A stretch of DNA of 63,310 nucleotides, filler included, from Eubacteriales bacterium (GCA_045636665.1; 7 parts of 7 records of this genome joined end to end with filler, not necessarily neighbours in it), one strand, 5' to 3'. Positions 28,757 through 39,397 are shown, counted from the whole stretch's first letter. Made by a program: numbers and translations. The notes: generated by a model from the sequence alone, not told the origin.

Positions 28757-29548
28757 TTATGACAATGCAACCGCCGCTTCACGATAATTTGAAAGATTTA
28801 TTTTTCCCTTATCGTTGGGTTTAAGCTCGTCGATTATTTTTACAAGAAAGCTTATTTTGATTTCAATGTTTTCGGTGTTGCCGAGATATATTTCGAATCT
28901 TGAGTCATAATTGATATAAATATCGAAGCGTGAGCGCACGTCAACCGATTTAATCTTATCCTCAATATAATGGTTTTCAAAGGATGCGTACAGTTCGTTT
29001 AATGCTACCTCGGTACGCTCGTCAATAAATTCAAGCTCCTGCCCTACTATACATCTGCGAACGTTATTAAGCGAAAGCGCTGTTAAGCCAAGCTCTTCGG
29101 CGGTAACGTTTTTTTGTTTTTCAAGCACCTTAAGCTCTGACGAAAGCAGATAGGTTTCACCAGCAAGCGTTGCGGCATAAAACGGTTTTTCTTCAACAAC
29201 GTTAATGTTCACACCTGTCGGCAGATCGCGTTCGATTTCAACCTGACCGATATAAGGCAATTGCTTTTTAAGCGATTCTTCGATTTCATCGGAATCAAAC
29301 AAAAAGATATTTTCGCCGAGGTGTATAGGCACGTGCTCCAAAATCTGTTCGGGCTGATATTTCTCGGTACCCAACACGTTAACCGTTTCAACGTTTAGGA
29401 ACACAACGACACATACACCGAGAAATATTAACGATATTGACAGGAAAAGAGCGATATAGAACACTATTCTTCTTGTCCGTTTCTTTTCGTTACGTCTTTG
29501 AGCATCAAATATTGCCGTGTTTTTTCTGACAAATCTTTGGCGTTCCAT
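28757..29548 (-). CDS. FtsQ/DivIB-like protein with POTRA domain
   Basis: Basic N-terminus, one TM segment, POTRA-like GENIF...LPYI...LP; position between murG and ftsZ. Confidence 0.82.
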   Translation of the reverse strand: MERQRFVRKNTAIFDAQRRNEKKRTRRIVFYIALFLSISLIFLGVCVVVFLNVETVNVLGTEKYQPEQILEHVPIHLGENIFLFDSDEIEESLKKQLPYIGQVEIERDLPTGVNINVVEEKPFYAATLAGETYLLSSELKVLEKQKNVTAEELGLTALSLNNVRRCIVGQELEFIDERTEVALNELYASFENHYIEDKIKSVDVRSRFDIYINYDSRFEIYLGNTENIEIKISFLVKIIDELKPNDKGKINLSNYREAAVALS

Positions 29549-29570
29549 ATTCTTCTCCTTTCTTTTAGTG

Positions 29571-30674
29571 TTATTTAACGAGCGACAGCGCTTCGTTTAC
29601 GATGCGTTCCAACGAATCGGGAGTTGCAAAGCTTTTTACGCTTTCTTCCATTCTGCGTCGTTTATTGGGGTTAGAAAGCAATTCGTTAACGGTTTCTGCA
29701 AGAAGCTTTGCATCGACCTCGGACTCACGGAAAACAACTGCCGCGCCTGCGTCTGCAATAAGACGCGCGTTTTTATATTGGTGGTCCTCCGTAACGTGGG
29801 GGCTTGGGATAAGAACTGCGGCTCTGCCTCTGATGGCAAGCTCGGACAGTGTCATTGCACCCGCACGGCAGATTAATAAATCGGCGGCGGCTTGATGCAC
29901 TGCAATATCATATATATATTCGTTTATATTAAGGTTTTTATGGTTATAAAAGCCCTTTTCTTTTGCGATAGCGTTGAATTTTTCGTAACCTACTCTGCCG
30001 ATAGCGTGGGTATGGCGAATGCTTTGAGGTATTGAATAATTCTCAATGAGGTCAAAAACAAGCTCGTTAACCTTTTCGGCGCCCATACTTCCGCCATAGG
30101 AAAGAACGTAACGTTCATTGTCGCTCAAGCCAAGCCTTGCTCTTGCCTCCTCGCGAGTCATTCCGTCGACTATAACGGGATTTCCGGTTAAAATAAGCTT
30201 TGATTGAACCGATTCTTCAAAGAACTTTTCGCTTCCCGTAAAGGAAATACAAACCTTATCAACAACCTTGGAAAGCATTTTTGTGGTAACACCGGGGAAT
30301 GCATTTTGTTCGTGGATAAGTGTCGGAATGCCAAGCTTTGAAGCGGCTTTGACCGTCGGCCACGAAACGTAACCGCCTGTGCCTATGACAAGGTCGGGCT
30401 TGAATTTTTTGATTATCTTTTTCGCTTCGGATACCGAAGTAAGCGCATGCCACGCGGATTTGATATTTTTAAGAGTAAGCTTACGGGAAAAGCCCGAAAC
30501 CTCGACAAAATCGATTTTATAACCGAATTTCGGTACCAACGTGCTTTCAATGCCGCGTTTTGTTCCGATAAACATAATTTCGGCATCGGGAATACGTTTT
30601 TTAATAGTTTCGGCAATATTTATAGCGGGATTAACGTGGCCGCTTGTGCCACCGCCGCAAAGAATAACTTTCAT
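29571..30674 (-). CDS. murG: Lipid II N-acetylglucosaminyltransferase
   Basis: GGGTSGHVNP, GTGGYVS, HEQN, GGSMGA, RAGA, HQYKNA. Confidence 0.97.
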   Translation of the reverse strand: MKVILCGGGTSGHVNPAINIAETIKKRIPDAEIMFIGTKRGIESTLVPKFGYKIDFVEVSGFSRKLTLKNIKSAWHALTSVSEAKKIIKKFKPDLVIGTGGYVSWPTVKAASKLGIPTLIHEQNAFPGVTTKMLSKVVDKVCISFTGSEKFFEESVQSKLILTGNPVIVDGMTREEARARLGLSDNERYVLSYGGSMGAEKVNELVFDLIENYSIPQSIRHTHAIGRVGYEKFNAIAKEKGFYNHKNLNINEYIYDIAVHQAAADLLICRAGAMTLSELAIRGRAAVLIPSPHVTEDHQYKNARLIADAGAAVVFRESEVDAKLLAETVNELLSNPNKRRRMEESVKSFATPDSLERIVNEALSLVK

Positions 30675-30692
30675 TGTTTATCACCTTTCGGA

Positions 30693-31919
30693 TTAACCTT
30701 GTTCAATGAATGAATAACGTGATACCGAGAGGACAACGCCCATTTCGGCAAGAAGTATGATAAGCGATGTACCGCCATAGCTGAAGAACGGCAAGCTGAT
30801 GCCCGTACTTGGGAAAGTGTTCGTTACAACGGCAAGATTCAGCAACACCTGAACGACGATTTGCGCCGTGATGCCCATTGCAACCAGCGAACTGAAGCGG
30901 TTCGGTGCATTTTTGGAAATGTGATAGCCGCGGAATGCAAGCGCACCGAAAAGCGCTATAACACAAATTACACCAAAAAAGCCGAGCTCTTCCGCAAGGA
31001 TAGCAAAGATATAGTCGTTTTGCGGTTCGGGAAGATAACCGTGCTTTTGGTTGCTTTGTCCAAGACCCAAGCCCCAAAAACCGCCCGAGCTGATTGCATA
31101 AAGCGATTGCGCCGGCTGCCAACCTGCACCGCCGCTTTCATACGACATAAATTTAAACGGGTCCTCCCAAATATCAAGACGGGTTATTGCGTGGGGGACT
31201 ATTTTTGCGAGAATATTGCGCCCTGCCGTTAGGAAAAACGTTGCGGCAGTAATGCCAGCGCCCATAACTATTCCGAAATATACTGCTTTCAAGCCCGAAA
31301 GCCACATCATAACGACCATAAGCAAAAGTATGATAATCGTTGCGGAAAGGTGGCTTTGCAAGAGCGTAGCTCCTGCGGCAGGGAGTGTTAAAAGAAGCAA
31401 CGGCAACGCGCCTTTACGGAGCGTTTTCATTTCGGATGCGTGGTTACTTATGTAAGTAGCGCACGCAAGAACAAGAGCAAATTTAAGCAATTCCGAAGGC
31501 TGGAATTCGACACCGAATATTACAAACCATCGCGTTGCACCTTTATTTGTTTCACCAAAGAAGGGCACGAGATAGTTAAGGAAAAGTACGCCTGCATAGA
31601 TAATATACGCAAAGCGCTTAAGCACACGGTAATCGAGCACCTTTGCAATGAACGCCATTGCAACGATACCAACGGCAACCCAACGCACCTGCGAGCGAGC
31701 GAAATAATATGAATCGTCAAAACGCGATTCGCCAACGGCATAGGATGCCGAGAAAATCATAACCGAGCCGATACAAACGAGCGCGATGATAATTATAAGC
31801 ATCGGACGGTCTATTTCGCCGATCAAGCGATATATTCTGTTTTGATTAACACGGATTCTTTGCTTTTTTATAGCATTTGGGGAATCCGTTTGCGCTTTAT
31901 CGGGTTGTTTGGAAGTCAT
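30693..31919 (-). CDS. ftsW: SEDS peptidoglycan polymerase (FtsW/SpoVE)
   Basis: GATRW, FQPSE, LPEPQNDYIF, EELG, LPFFSYGGTS. Confidence 0.92.
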   Translation of the reverse strand: MTSKQPDKAQTDSPNAIKKQRIRVNQNRIYRLIGEIDRPMLIIIIALVCIGSVMIFSASYAVGESRFDDSYYFARSQVRWVAVGIVAMAFIAKVLDYRVLKRFAYIIYAGVLFLNYLVPFFGETNKGATRWFVIFGVEFQPSELLKFALVLACATYISNHASEMKTLRKGALPLLLLTLPAAGATLLQSHLSATIIILLLMVVMMWLSGLKAVYFGIVMGAGITAATFFLTAGRNILAKIVPHAITRLDIWEDPFKFMSYESGGAGWQPAQSLYAISSGGFWGLGLGQSNQKHGYLPEPQNDYIFAILAEELGFFGVICVIALFGALAFRGYHISKNAPNRFSSLVAMGITAQIVVQVLLNLAVVTNTFPSTGISLPFFSYGGTSLIILLAEMGVVLSVSRYSFIEQG

Positions 31920-31947
31920 ATAAACAGTCCTTAAATCAAATTAAAGG

Positions 31948-32994
31948 TTAAAAGGTCAAGAGATAATAAGTAAGTGTCGAAAATGCAACGGTGACCAATG
32001 AAAATACCAAAACGATCTTCACTTCTCCCCAACCGCATTTTTCAAAGTGGTGGTGAATCGGGCTCATTTTGAATATACGCTTGCCGAACATCTTGAACGA
32101 GAACACCTGAAGAACTACCGAAAGTCCCTCGAGAATCCAGATGCAGGCGATGGGAAGAAGAAGGAATTCATTGTCGGTAAACATTATCGCACCGACGATG
32201 AAACCGCCGAGGAAGAGCGAGCCGGTATCACCCATAAAAATCTTTGCAGGGTGGAAATTGAACACAAGGAACGCAAGCAAAGCGCCGAGGAGCGAAGATA
32301 CTGCAAACGCATAAGGCTCGTATACGCAAAGCAATTCGAGATAATCCGATGGTATGCCGATGTTTTCGAAAAGATTCAATGAGAAAATAAGAAGCATTGT
32401 GCAGATGATAAACGCAACGCTTCCTGCCAAGCCGTCGATACCGTCGGTGAGGTTTGCACAGTTAACGATGTAAACAATCGCCAAGAGCATTGCTATATAG
32501 TAGAAAATGCCAAGCTCGAGTTCGCCCCAGGGGGTGTCGATAGCGGTATCGCCTTCGAGGAAGTATGAATTTGCGAAGAGATAACCCGCGGTTGTAAGCG
32601 TTTGAAGAATAAGCTTTTGGGTGCTGCTCAATCCCTTGTTGCGCTTTTTGAAAAGCTTTACGTAGTCGTCTACAAAGCCGATGACGCCTTGCGAAAGCGC
32701 AAAGAGAACGAATATAAGCGTTGCTTTAAAGGAATACTCATAACTTACATATTCACCGAAATTGAGCTTGAAGATTATCATAGCGACCGTAAGTGCTATT
32801 GCAAATGCGAAGATAAAAATCAAGCCGCCAAGGTTTGGTGTGCCCTCCTTGGATTTATGCCACGAAGGTCCGATCTCCAATATTTTTTGACCGAGCTTTA
32901 CCTTTCTGAGCATCGGTATGAAGATTTTATAAAGTATCACGCCGAGTATAAAAGATATCGCGGCGGCGATAGCGCACAGCCAATATACGTTCAT
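31948..32994 (-). CDS. mraY: Phospho-N-acetylmuramoyl-pentapeptide transferase
   Basis: KEGTPNLGG, GFVDDY, NLTDGIDGL, FMGDTGS, PIHHHFE. Confidence 0.97.
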   Translation of the reverse strand: MNVYWLCAIAAAISFILGVILYKIFIPMLRKVKLGQKILEIGPSWHKSKEGTPNLGGLIFIFAFAIALTVAMIIFKLNFGEYVSYEYSFKATLIFVLFALSQGVIGFVDDYVKLFKKRNKGLSSTQKLILQTLTTAGYLFANSYFLEGDTAIDTPWGELELGIFYYIAMLLAIVYIVNCANLTDGIDGLAGSVAFIICTMLLIFSLNLFENIGIPSDYLELLCVYEPYAFAVSSLLGALLAFLVFNFHPAKIFMGDTGSLFLGGFIVGAIMFTDNEFLLLPIACIWILEGLSVVLQVFSFKMFGKRIFKMSPIHHHFEKCGWGEVKIVLVFSLVTVAFSTLTYYLLTF

Positions 32995-33007
32995 AATAAC
33001 CTCTTTT

Positions 33008-34351
33008 TTATACGATCAAACGACCGAGATTCATTCCGTTGCTTGCTTTATAGAGAACGGCATCGCCTTCCTTAATAAAATCGTTAAGGAACGACAGCAG
33101 TTGTTCATATTCTTCTTTATCGAAGGAATAGACAATAACATCCTTGGTTTCGGATGCGATATACCTTGCGAGCGTACCGTACGTAATAAGCACGTCTGCA
33201 CATCCGTTAACTGCTTTTCCTACCCGTTTATGAAGATTAACGGTTTCGTTTCCAAGCTCAAGCATATCGCCGAGCACGGCAATTTTTCTTCCGTTGTATT
33301 TCGAAAGCACAGAAAGCGCTGCCTCCATAGATTCGGGTGATGCGTTATAGCAATCGGAAATTACGGTATGTCCGTCCTTTTCAAAGATATGCTGGCGTTT
33401 TCCGTCGCTTTGATATTGAGAGAGCGCAACAGATGCAGCTTCAAGCGAAATACCAAGACAATGCGCCGTTGCAAGTGCAAAAAGCGAATTGATAACGAAA
33501 TGCTTACCCAAAACAGAAAGCGTTACCTTGATTTTTTTGCCGAATATAACCGCATCAAAATCAACGCCGTATTGCGATTCATTAACGTTTTCCGCATAGC
33601 AATCGCAGGTGTCATCATCAAAGGATACGAAAATAACCTTATTGTTAGGATGTTCAAGGCATTTCAAAAAAGGTTCATCGCCGTTAAGTATAAGCGTCGA
33701 GCCGTTTTTTGAATATGCGGCAATTTTAAGCTTTTCATCGCGTATTGCCTCGCGTGTGCCCAGATTTTCGATATGAGAATATCCGATATTGGTTATTATC
33801 GAAATATCGGGCTTCGCGCAGGGTGCGATTCGTTCCATTTCACCCGGCATTGACATACCGAGCTCGATTACGGCACAATCGATATCCTTCGGAGTCGCAA
33901 GGACTGTTTGAGGCAGACCGATTTGGCTGTTAGAGTTGCCGAGCGTTTTGTGAACGCTCAATTCCGAGCCGAGCGCAACCGCAACCATATCCTTTGTGGT
34001 GGTCTTCCCTACCGAGCCTGTTATGCCTACGATGGGGATATTGTTAATTTCATACTCGCGATAGCTTTTTGCGAGCTTTTGCAGAGCTTCGCGGACATCG
34101 GTTACATAGATGCAATCGCCGTTTTGATTCAAATTATCTTCGCGGTCGGTAAGCACTGCACAGCCTTTATTAATTAATTCGGGAACGAAGGAGTTGCCGT
34201 CGACACGTTCGCCGCGCAGAGCAAGAAAGAGCTTATTTGTATCCGCTTGACGGCTATCCGAAAAGAAGCCGTTGATTACTCTTTTTTTATTTGCGGCGTC
34301 GGAAAGCCGTCCGCCGCATCTTTCGCTGATATATTCGAGAGAGAATTCCAT
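33008..34351 (-). CDS. murF: UDP-MurNAc-tripeptide--D-Ala-D-Ala ligase
   Basis: DSR, ITGSVGKTTTKD, ELGM, DCYNASPESM, LGDMLELG, KASNG. Confidence 0.95.
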   Translation of the reverse strand: MEFSLEYISERCGGRLSDAANKKRVINGFFSDSRQADTNKLFLALRGERVDGNSFVPELINKGCAVLTDREDNLNQNGDCIYVTDVREALQKLAKSYREYEINNIPIVGITGSVGKTTTKDMVAVALGSELSVHKTLGNSNSQIGLPQTVLATPKDIDCAVIELGMSMPGEMERIAPCAKPDISIITNIGYSHIENLGTREAIRDEKLKIAAYSKNGSTLILNGDEPFLKCLEHPNNKVIFVSFDDDTCDCYAENVNESQYGVDFDAVIFGKKIKVTLSVLGKHFVINSLFALATAHCLGISLEAASVALSQYQSDGKRQHIFEKDGHTVISDCYNASPESMEAALSVLSKYNGRKIAVLGDMLELGNETVNLHKRVGKAVNGCADVLITYGTLARYIASETKDVIVYSFDKEEYEQLLSFLNDFIKEGDAVLYKASNGMNLGRLIV

Positions 34352-35730
34352 TACTCAATATCTTCCTCGTACAAGAATTCAAGTTCAATAACGGTACCGG
34401 GTAATACGTATTCGCCCGCCGCAACTGACTGAGAAATAACGCGGCAATTGGTATGGTCGCCGTTAAAGATACCGCTTATCGAAATGTTGAGGTTTGCGTT
34501 GATAAGCTTCTTAATTGCAGTCGAAGGCGAATCGTTCAATACGTTGGGAACCGCTACGTTAGCGGAAATAGAAGCGTTTTCGGTATAGATAATCACAACA
34601 CCGTCGGTGGAAATAACGGTTCCTGCTTCGGGAAGCTGACCGTAAACGGTATCGCCGTCGCCTCTGACAACGCATTTAAGTCCTGCCGCTTCGATTTGGG
34701 CTTTTGCCTCTTCGATGGATTTATTGCTGTAATTGGGAACGGTTACAGTCGTTTCTCCGTCGGTATTCGGCTTGATACCTAAGTGAGGAAGTACCTCGGT
34801 AAGGATGTTTGAAACGATAGGCGCCGCAACCGCAGAACCGAAATACTGTCCCGATGTAGGATCGTCAACAAGAACGAGAATTGCGATTTGAGGGTCTTCT
34901 GCAGGCGCAAAGGTTACGCAAGACGAAATATAGTCGTCGGGACGTACAGTACTCTGCTTCTGCGAGGTACCTGTTTTTGAAACTACGTTATAACCCGAAA
35001 CAGATGCGTTTTTTGTCGAATTGGTAAGGGTTGTGAGAATTTTTTTGCAGGTCTCGGTCGAAATTACCTGACGGTCGGTTTCATATTCAAAGGTTTTTAC
35101 AACGTTGCCGTCGTTATCGACAAGTGCTTTTACAACGTGAGGTACAACGAGATTACCGCCGTTTGCAACGGTAGAAACTGCACGGATATGCTGTAAGGGG
35201 GTTACCTGGAAGGTTTGACCGAAGGAATAAACCGCAAGCTCAAGGGTTTCAAACTGAGTACCGGAGGTTGCGAAATAATAGGAAGAAACTTCACCCAAAA
35301 GGTCGCTTCCGCTCGTTTTGGTGTATCCGAATTCATCGAAATACTTCATAAAGAGCTTTGTACCGATCGTTCCGCCAATTTCGATAAACGCAGGGTTGCA
35401 GGAATTTACAAGCGCTTCGGAAAAGGTTTGGTGACCGTGTCCGTATCTGTTATGGCAGTGAATTTCAGTGCCGACAACCATCATATCGCCATCGCAATCG
35501 AAGGTTGTTGTGTCATAATTAATAGTACCCTCCTCCAAAGCGATTGCGCTGGTAACGATTTTAAAGGTCGAACCGGGCTCGTAGGTTTGGGTTGCTATTG
35601 TGTTATTCCACATTTCATAAAGAAGCTTGGAGCGTTCCTGCGAACGTTCTTCTTCTGTACCTTGAAAGGTTTCGTATTTATGCTGATATATGGGCGAGAG
35701 TGTATTGTAGTTGTTAAGGTCAAAGCTGGG
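34351..35730 (-). CDS. Class B PBP with two PASTA domains (SpoVD/FtsI-like), 5' truncated
   Basis: Frame stays open to the contig end; EPGSTFK (SxxK), SCN, KTGT; two VPN-starting PASTA repeats. Confidence 0.92.
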   Translation of the reverse strand, partial: PSFDLNNYNTLSPIYQHKYETFQGTEEERSQERSKLLYEMWNNTIATQTYEPGSTFKIVTSAIALEEGTINYDTTTFDCDGDMMVVGTEIHCHNRYGHGHQTFSEALVNSCNPAFIEIGGTIGTKLFMKYFDEFGYTKTSGSDLLGEVSSYYFATSGTQFETLELAVYSFGQTFQVTPLQHIRAVSTVANGGNLVVPHVVKALVDNDGNVVKTFEYETDRQVISTETCKKILTTLTNSTKNASVSGYNVVSKTGTSQKQSTVRPDDYISSCVTFAPAEDPQIAILVLVDDPTSGQYFGSAVAAPIVSNILTEVLPHLGIKPNTDGETTVTVPNYSNKSIEEAKAQIEAAGLKCVVRGDGDTVYGQLPEAGTVISTDGVVIIYTENASISANVAVPNVLNDSPSTAIKKLINANLNISISGIFNGDHTNCRVISQSVAAGEYVLPGTVIELEFLYEEDIE

Positions 35731-35830
35731 NNNNNNNNNNNNNNNNNNNNNNNNNNNNNNNNNNNNNNNNNNNNTTAATTAATTAANNNNNNNNNNNNNN
35801 NNNNNNNNNNNNNNNNNNNNNNNNNNNNNN
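35731..35830. other. Artificial contig linker
   Basis: N-run + TTAATTAATTAA. Confidence 0.99.
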
Positions 35831-36043
35831 TCCGCCGCAGAGAATCATAACGTCGATTTCGTCCTTATGGTCAAGCACACTGTCGGTATGATAAACGGGC
35901 ACGTTTTCGGTGTTAAGCTTAACTGTTTCGGGATCGCGGCGAGTAAATACCGCGGTAAGCTCCATATCTTCATTTTGACGGATTGCGGACTCGACACCTC
36001 TGCCGAGGTTGCCGTAGCCGAAAATTCCTATGCGGATGCTCAT
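35831..36043 (-). CDS. ddh: meso-Diaminopimelate dehydrogenase (3' truncated)
   Basis: IRIGIFGYGNLGRGVE, VFTRR, IDVMILCGG. Confidence 0.9.
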
Positions 36044-36119
36044 ATATTTTTCCTCCGTGGAGTTCTGAAAATTCTTGTTTTTTATGATAACACAGTATTA
36101 GTGTTTTTTCAATATTTTT

Positions 36120-36521
36120 TTATTTCTTCAAGGTGTTTTCCGAATTTCTGTAAACGAAAAGCTTGCAAAACAGAAATTCAAGAACAAAGTTGGCTATCAT
36201 CGTAACTGCAAGTACGATATATTCGTTAACGCCTGCATTCTCCGCCATATCGCCAAGCCAGGTCGAAAGCGGCGTGAACACAAGATAAAAGCCAAACACC
36301 TTTGCCATTGCAACGGGTACGTTTGCCGCGGATTTGAAGGTATAGCGGCGGTTGAACGTAAAGTTCCAGATTATTGAAAGCAAAAGCGAAAGAAGATAGG
36401 AAACCCAATATTCCCATTTAAATAATTCAAGGAAAAGCGCGCAGGAGCCGATTTGGATTATTCCCGCAGAGGCGGAAAACAAGGTGAATTTTATCGCCTG
36501 GACAACCGTATTCTTTTTCAT
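36120..36521 (-). CDS. GtrA family membrane protein
   Basis: Four TM segments; WNFTFNRRYTFKS. Confidence 0.88.
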   Translation of the reverse strand: MKKNTVVQAIKFTLFSASAGIIQIGSCALFLELFKWEYWVSYLLSLLLSIIWNFTFNRRYTFKSAANVPVAMAKVFGFYLVFTPLSTWLGDMAENAGVNEYIVLAVTMIANFVLEFLFCKLFVYRNSENTLKK

Positions 36522-36539
36522 TTTGACCTCTCCGCTTCT

Positions 36540-36713
36540 TTATTCGGTTATTGTGTATTCAAGCATTTCGTAATGCAGCTTTGTGCCAATATCGGTGCCG
36601 ACAGGGAGCAACGCGAGCGCGATGAAAATATCGTCTTCCTGTGCCTTCCCTATTTCGCGCAGATATGCATATTCTCCTTCGATTTTAACAACAACGTAAT
36701 CTCTCGGTATCAT
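36540..36713 (-). CDS. Small 57-aa hypothetical protein (below the ORF-track cut-off)
   Basis: SD AGAGG; MIPRDYVVVKIEGEYAYLREIGKAQEDDIFIALALLPVGTDIGTKLHYEMLEYTITE; ATGA overlap with the upstream gene. Confidence 0.8.
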   Translation of the reverse strand: MIPRDYVVVKIEGEYAYLREIGKAQEDDIFIALALLPVGTDIGTKLHYEMLEYTITE

Positions 36714-37138
36714 TTTTTACCTCTTTTATTGACCTTATAAATATTTCTGCGGTTATGCGCGACAGAAACGGCGCTCCAGCAGGTTATGCATATAGGCATT
36801 GACGATGAAAAGGTTTGGAAATCGATGAAAAAGTTCACTATTTGCGTTATTGCGCTGATGCCCGTGCCGAGGAGTATGAGCAATTCAAAGGTATTGACAT
36901 ACCAACCGGGACAATATTTTATCGACATTATTCCGAACAACAGCAAAAAGGTGACCGCAAACGCGCAAAGCATATAAAGCGGCAAAAGCCAAAGGTTGTC
37001 AACGTCCGCGCCGAAGGAATCGGAAAGAAAATATCCGAGTATTCCGAATATCAAAGCCGTGATTATCGGCAATATTACAGCAAGTCTTTTACATTTGAAA
37101 ATCGTATCAAGCAAAAAGCGCATTCGTGTTACCCGCAT
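36710..37138 (-). CDS. Hypothetical 4-TM membrane protein
   Basis: SD GGAGGTG before ATG 37138; hydrophobic segments. Confidence 0.7.
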   Translation of the reverse strand: MRVTRMRFLLDTIFKCKRLAVILPIITALIFGILGYFLSDSFGADVDNLWLLPLYMLCAFAVTFLLLFGIMSIKYCPGWYVNTFELLILLGTGISAITQIVNFFIDFQTFSSSMPICITCWSAVSVAHNRRNIYKVNKRGKK

Positions 37139-37190
37139 AATTACACCTCCGTTCGTTTGCTTGAGTATAGCATAAAAATGCCGACAAATC

Positions 37191-37223
37191 AATAGCCCGA
37201 CTTCATTTTGAAATCGGGCTATT
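37191..37223 (-). terminator. Hairpin after the GH3 gene
   Basis: AATAGCCCGA...TCGGGCTATT. Confidence 0.6.
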
Positions 37224-37229
37224 CTAATA

Positions 37230-39227
37230 TTAACCTATCATATCCTCGCCTGTGCGTTTGATTGTATAGTCCTTTTTGTTTTCGTGAATGAAGGATGCGG
37301 TAAGACGGATGTCGCGCGAGGAGGAGCCGATAAGCACGTCGTATCTGCCGTCTTCGGCAACGTAGCGGCGCAGCGAGGTGTTATAATACGCCAAATCGCG
37401 TTCCTCGATTTCAAAGGTAACAGTCTTTTCCTCGCCTGCTGCAAGCTCGACCTTTTGGAATTTACGCAATTCCTTTATCGGCTTGGGTACGGTGGAAACA
37501 GGGTCGCTGATATAAAGCTGAGCAATTTCGGTACCGAAAACGTCGCCGACGTTTTTAACAGTAAAGCTTGCTTTGATTCCGTTATCGTTGGTGATAACGA
37601 GATTGCCGTATTCAAAATCGGTATAGGAAAGTCCGTGACCGAAGGGATATACGATTTCTTCGGGGTGACGGTCGTAATAACGGTAGCCGACGTTGAGCTT
37701 TTCGGTATATTCCATATAAAGTCCGTTACCGGGGTATTCGAAATCGTCGCGCACCTTGGTCGGGAAGGTTTCGGAAAGCTTACCCTGAGGATTGAGCTTA
37801 CCCGTAAGCACGTCGGCAATAGCGCCGCCCGATGCTTCGCCGCCGAGCCACATTTGGACTATAGAATCAGCCTTCTTCATATAATCGTCGAATATCATTA
37901 CACCGCCCGATTGACATACCAAAACGACCTTTTTGCCGCTTTTAACCGCAAATTCAACATACATATCGTAGTTGGGGTTCATAAACGGTGTACGGCGGTC
38001 GAACTTTTCGGTGTCCTCGGATTCTTGGGCACCGACAAAAATCAACACAACGTCGCTATCCTCGATAAACTTGCCGAACTCGCCAAGCTTGGGCCAAAGC
38101 ATTTCGGTCGAGAAGGATGCTTTTTTGTAAAATTCGCCGTATTTGAACTCGGTATTGGGAAGCAGCTTTTTGAGCTCTTCAAGGGGATTGTCGATATATT
38201 CGGGCTTTTGAAGCACCTCGGCGCTTCCCTGTCCCGAAATGAGCGGCTTAACCGCATATTCGCCGATAACGGCAATCTTTTTGTATTTTTCTTCGGTAAG
38301 AGGAAGAACCTTTTTATCGTTTTTAAGAAGAACGATGCCCTTGGAAGCGACCTCGCGCGCGATAGCGTGTTGCTTGTCGCGGTCGTAATTACCCTTTTCG
38401 GGCTTCTTGCGGGTTGCGAATTGAAGAACGCGATCAACTGCGTTGTCGATCTGTTCCATTGTAATTTCGCCCTTTTCAAGACCTGCCTTAAGCTCCTCAT
38501 ATATAAGCCAGTTGTGGGGCATTTGGAGGTCAAGACCTGCAGATACCGCTTTTACGATATCGTGGACAGCGCCCCAGTCGGAAACGACGATGCCCTCATA
38601 TCCCCATTCCTCTTTGAGTATCTCGGTAAGAAGATGGCGGTTTTCGGAGCACCAGATCGAATTGACCTTGTTGTATGCACACATTATACTTGTGGGGTTT
38701 GCCTTTTTAACCGCAATTTCAAAGGGGCGGAGATAGATTTCGCGGAGAGTTCTTTCGTCAACGTCGGCACTTGCGTCGATACGGTATTTTTCCTGATTGT
38801 TGACAGCATAGTGCTTAAGACTCGTTGCGACGCCCTTGCTTTCTACACCGTTGATGTATCCTGCAACTATTTCGCCTGCAAGAACGGGGTCTTCCGAAAC
38901 GTATTCGAAATTTCTGCCGCAGAGCATATATCTTTTAATATTTACACCGGGGCCTAAAATCATATTTATATCGTGCTCGATACAGTCGTTTGCAATCGCT
39001 TCGCCCATAAGACGCGCGTTATCAACGTCCCAGCAGGAGCCGAGGTTGCAAAGGTTGGGAAAATGGGTGCAATTTTCTTCAACGTCAACACGAACACCGT
39101 GAGGGCCGTCGGCAAGATTTTGCGATTCGATGCCCAGACGTTCGATTGCTTTGGTCGCCATCGAAGCAGAGCCTGTGAGCAAAAATGCCTTTTCCTCGAG
39201 GGTCATATCTTTAATAATCGGATTCAT
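37230..39227 (-). CDS. GH3 beta-glucosidase with C-terminal FnIII domain, no signal peptide
   Basis: ADGPHGVR, GRNFEY, KHY, VSDWG nucleophile, YPFGHGLSYT; SD GGAGG before ATG 39227. Confidence 0.95.
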   Translation of the reverse strand: MNPIIKDMTLEEKAFLLTGSASMATKAIERLGIESQNLADGPHGVRVDVEENCTHFPNLCNLGSCWDVDNARLMGEAIANDCIEHDINMILGPGVNIKRYMLCGRNFEYVSEDPVLAGEIVAGYINGVESKGVATSLKHYAVNNQEKYRIDASADVDERTLREIYLRPFEIAVKKANPTSIMCAYNKVNSIWCSENRHLLTEILKEEWGYEGIVVSDWGAVHDIVKAVSAGLDLQMPHNWLIYEELKAGLEKGEITMEQIDNAVDRVLQFATRKKPEKGNYDRDKQHAIAREVASKGIVLLKNDKKVLPLTEEKYKKIAVIGEYAVKPLISGQGSAEVLQKPEYIDNPLEELKKLLPNTEFKYGEFYKKASFSTEMLWPKLGEFGKFIEDSDVVLIFVGAQESEDTEKFDRRTPFMNPNYDMYVEFAVKSGKKVVLVCQSGGVMIFDDYMKKADSIVQMWLGGEASGGAIADVLTGKLNPQGKLSETFPTKVRDDFEYPGNGLYMEYTEKLNVGYRYYDRHPEEIVYPFGHGLSYTDFEYGNLVITNDNGIKASFTVKNVGDVFGTEIAQLYISDPVSTVPKPIKELRKFQKVELAAGEEKTVTFEIEERDLAYYNTSLRRYVAEDGRYDVLIGSSSRDIRLTASFIHENKKDYTIKRTGEDMIG

Positions 39228-39337
39228 TATGTAAACCTCCGTTAGAGTGTGCTTAAAATGTTTTAGTATTATAGCATACGAGCATAAAAAAGTCAATTGA
39301 AATGAAAAATCGGCAATGCGTTAAAAAGATAATTTTG

Positions 39338-39366
39338 TTGACTCAAATATTATTTTGTGGTACAAT
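39338..39366 (+). promoter_or_regulatory. sigma-A promoter for the SGNH lipoprotein gene
   Basis: TTGACT-N17-TACAAT with TG extension. Confidence 0.7.
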
Positions 39367-39397
39367 TTTTTAAAAATAACGCTTTTGGGAGTTTGTT

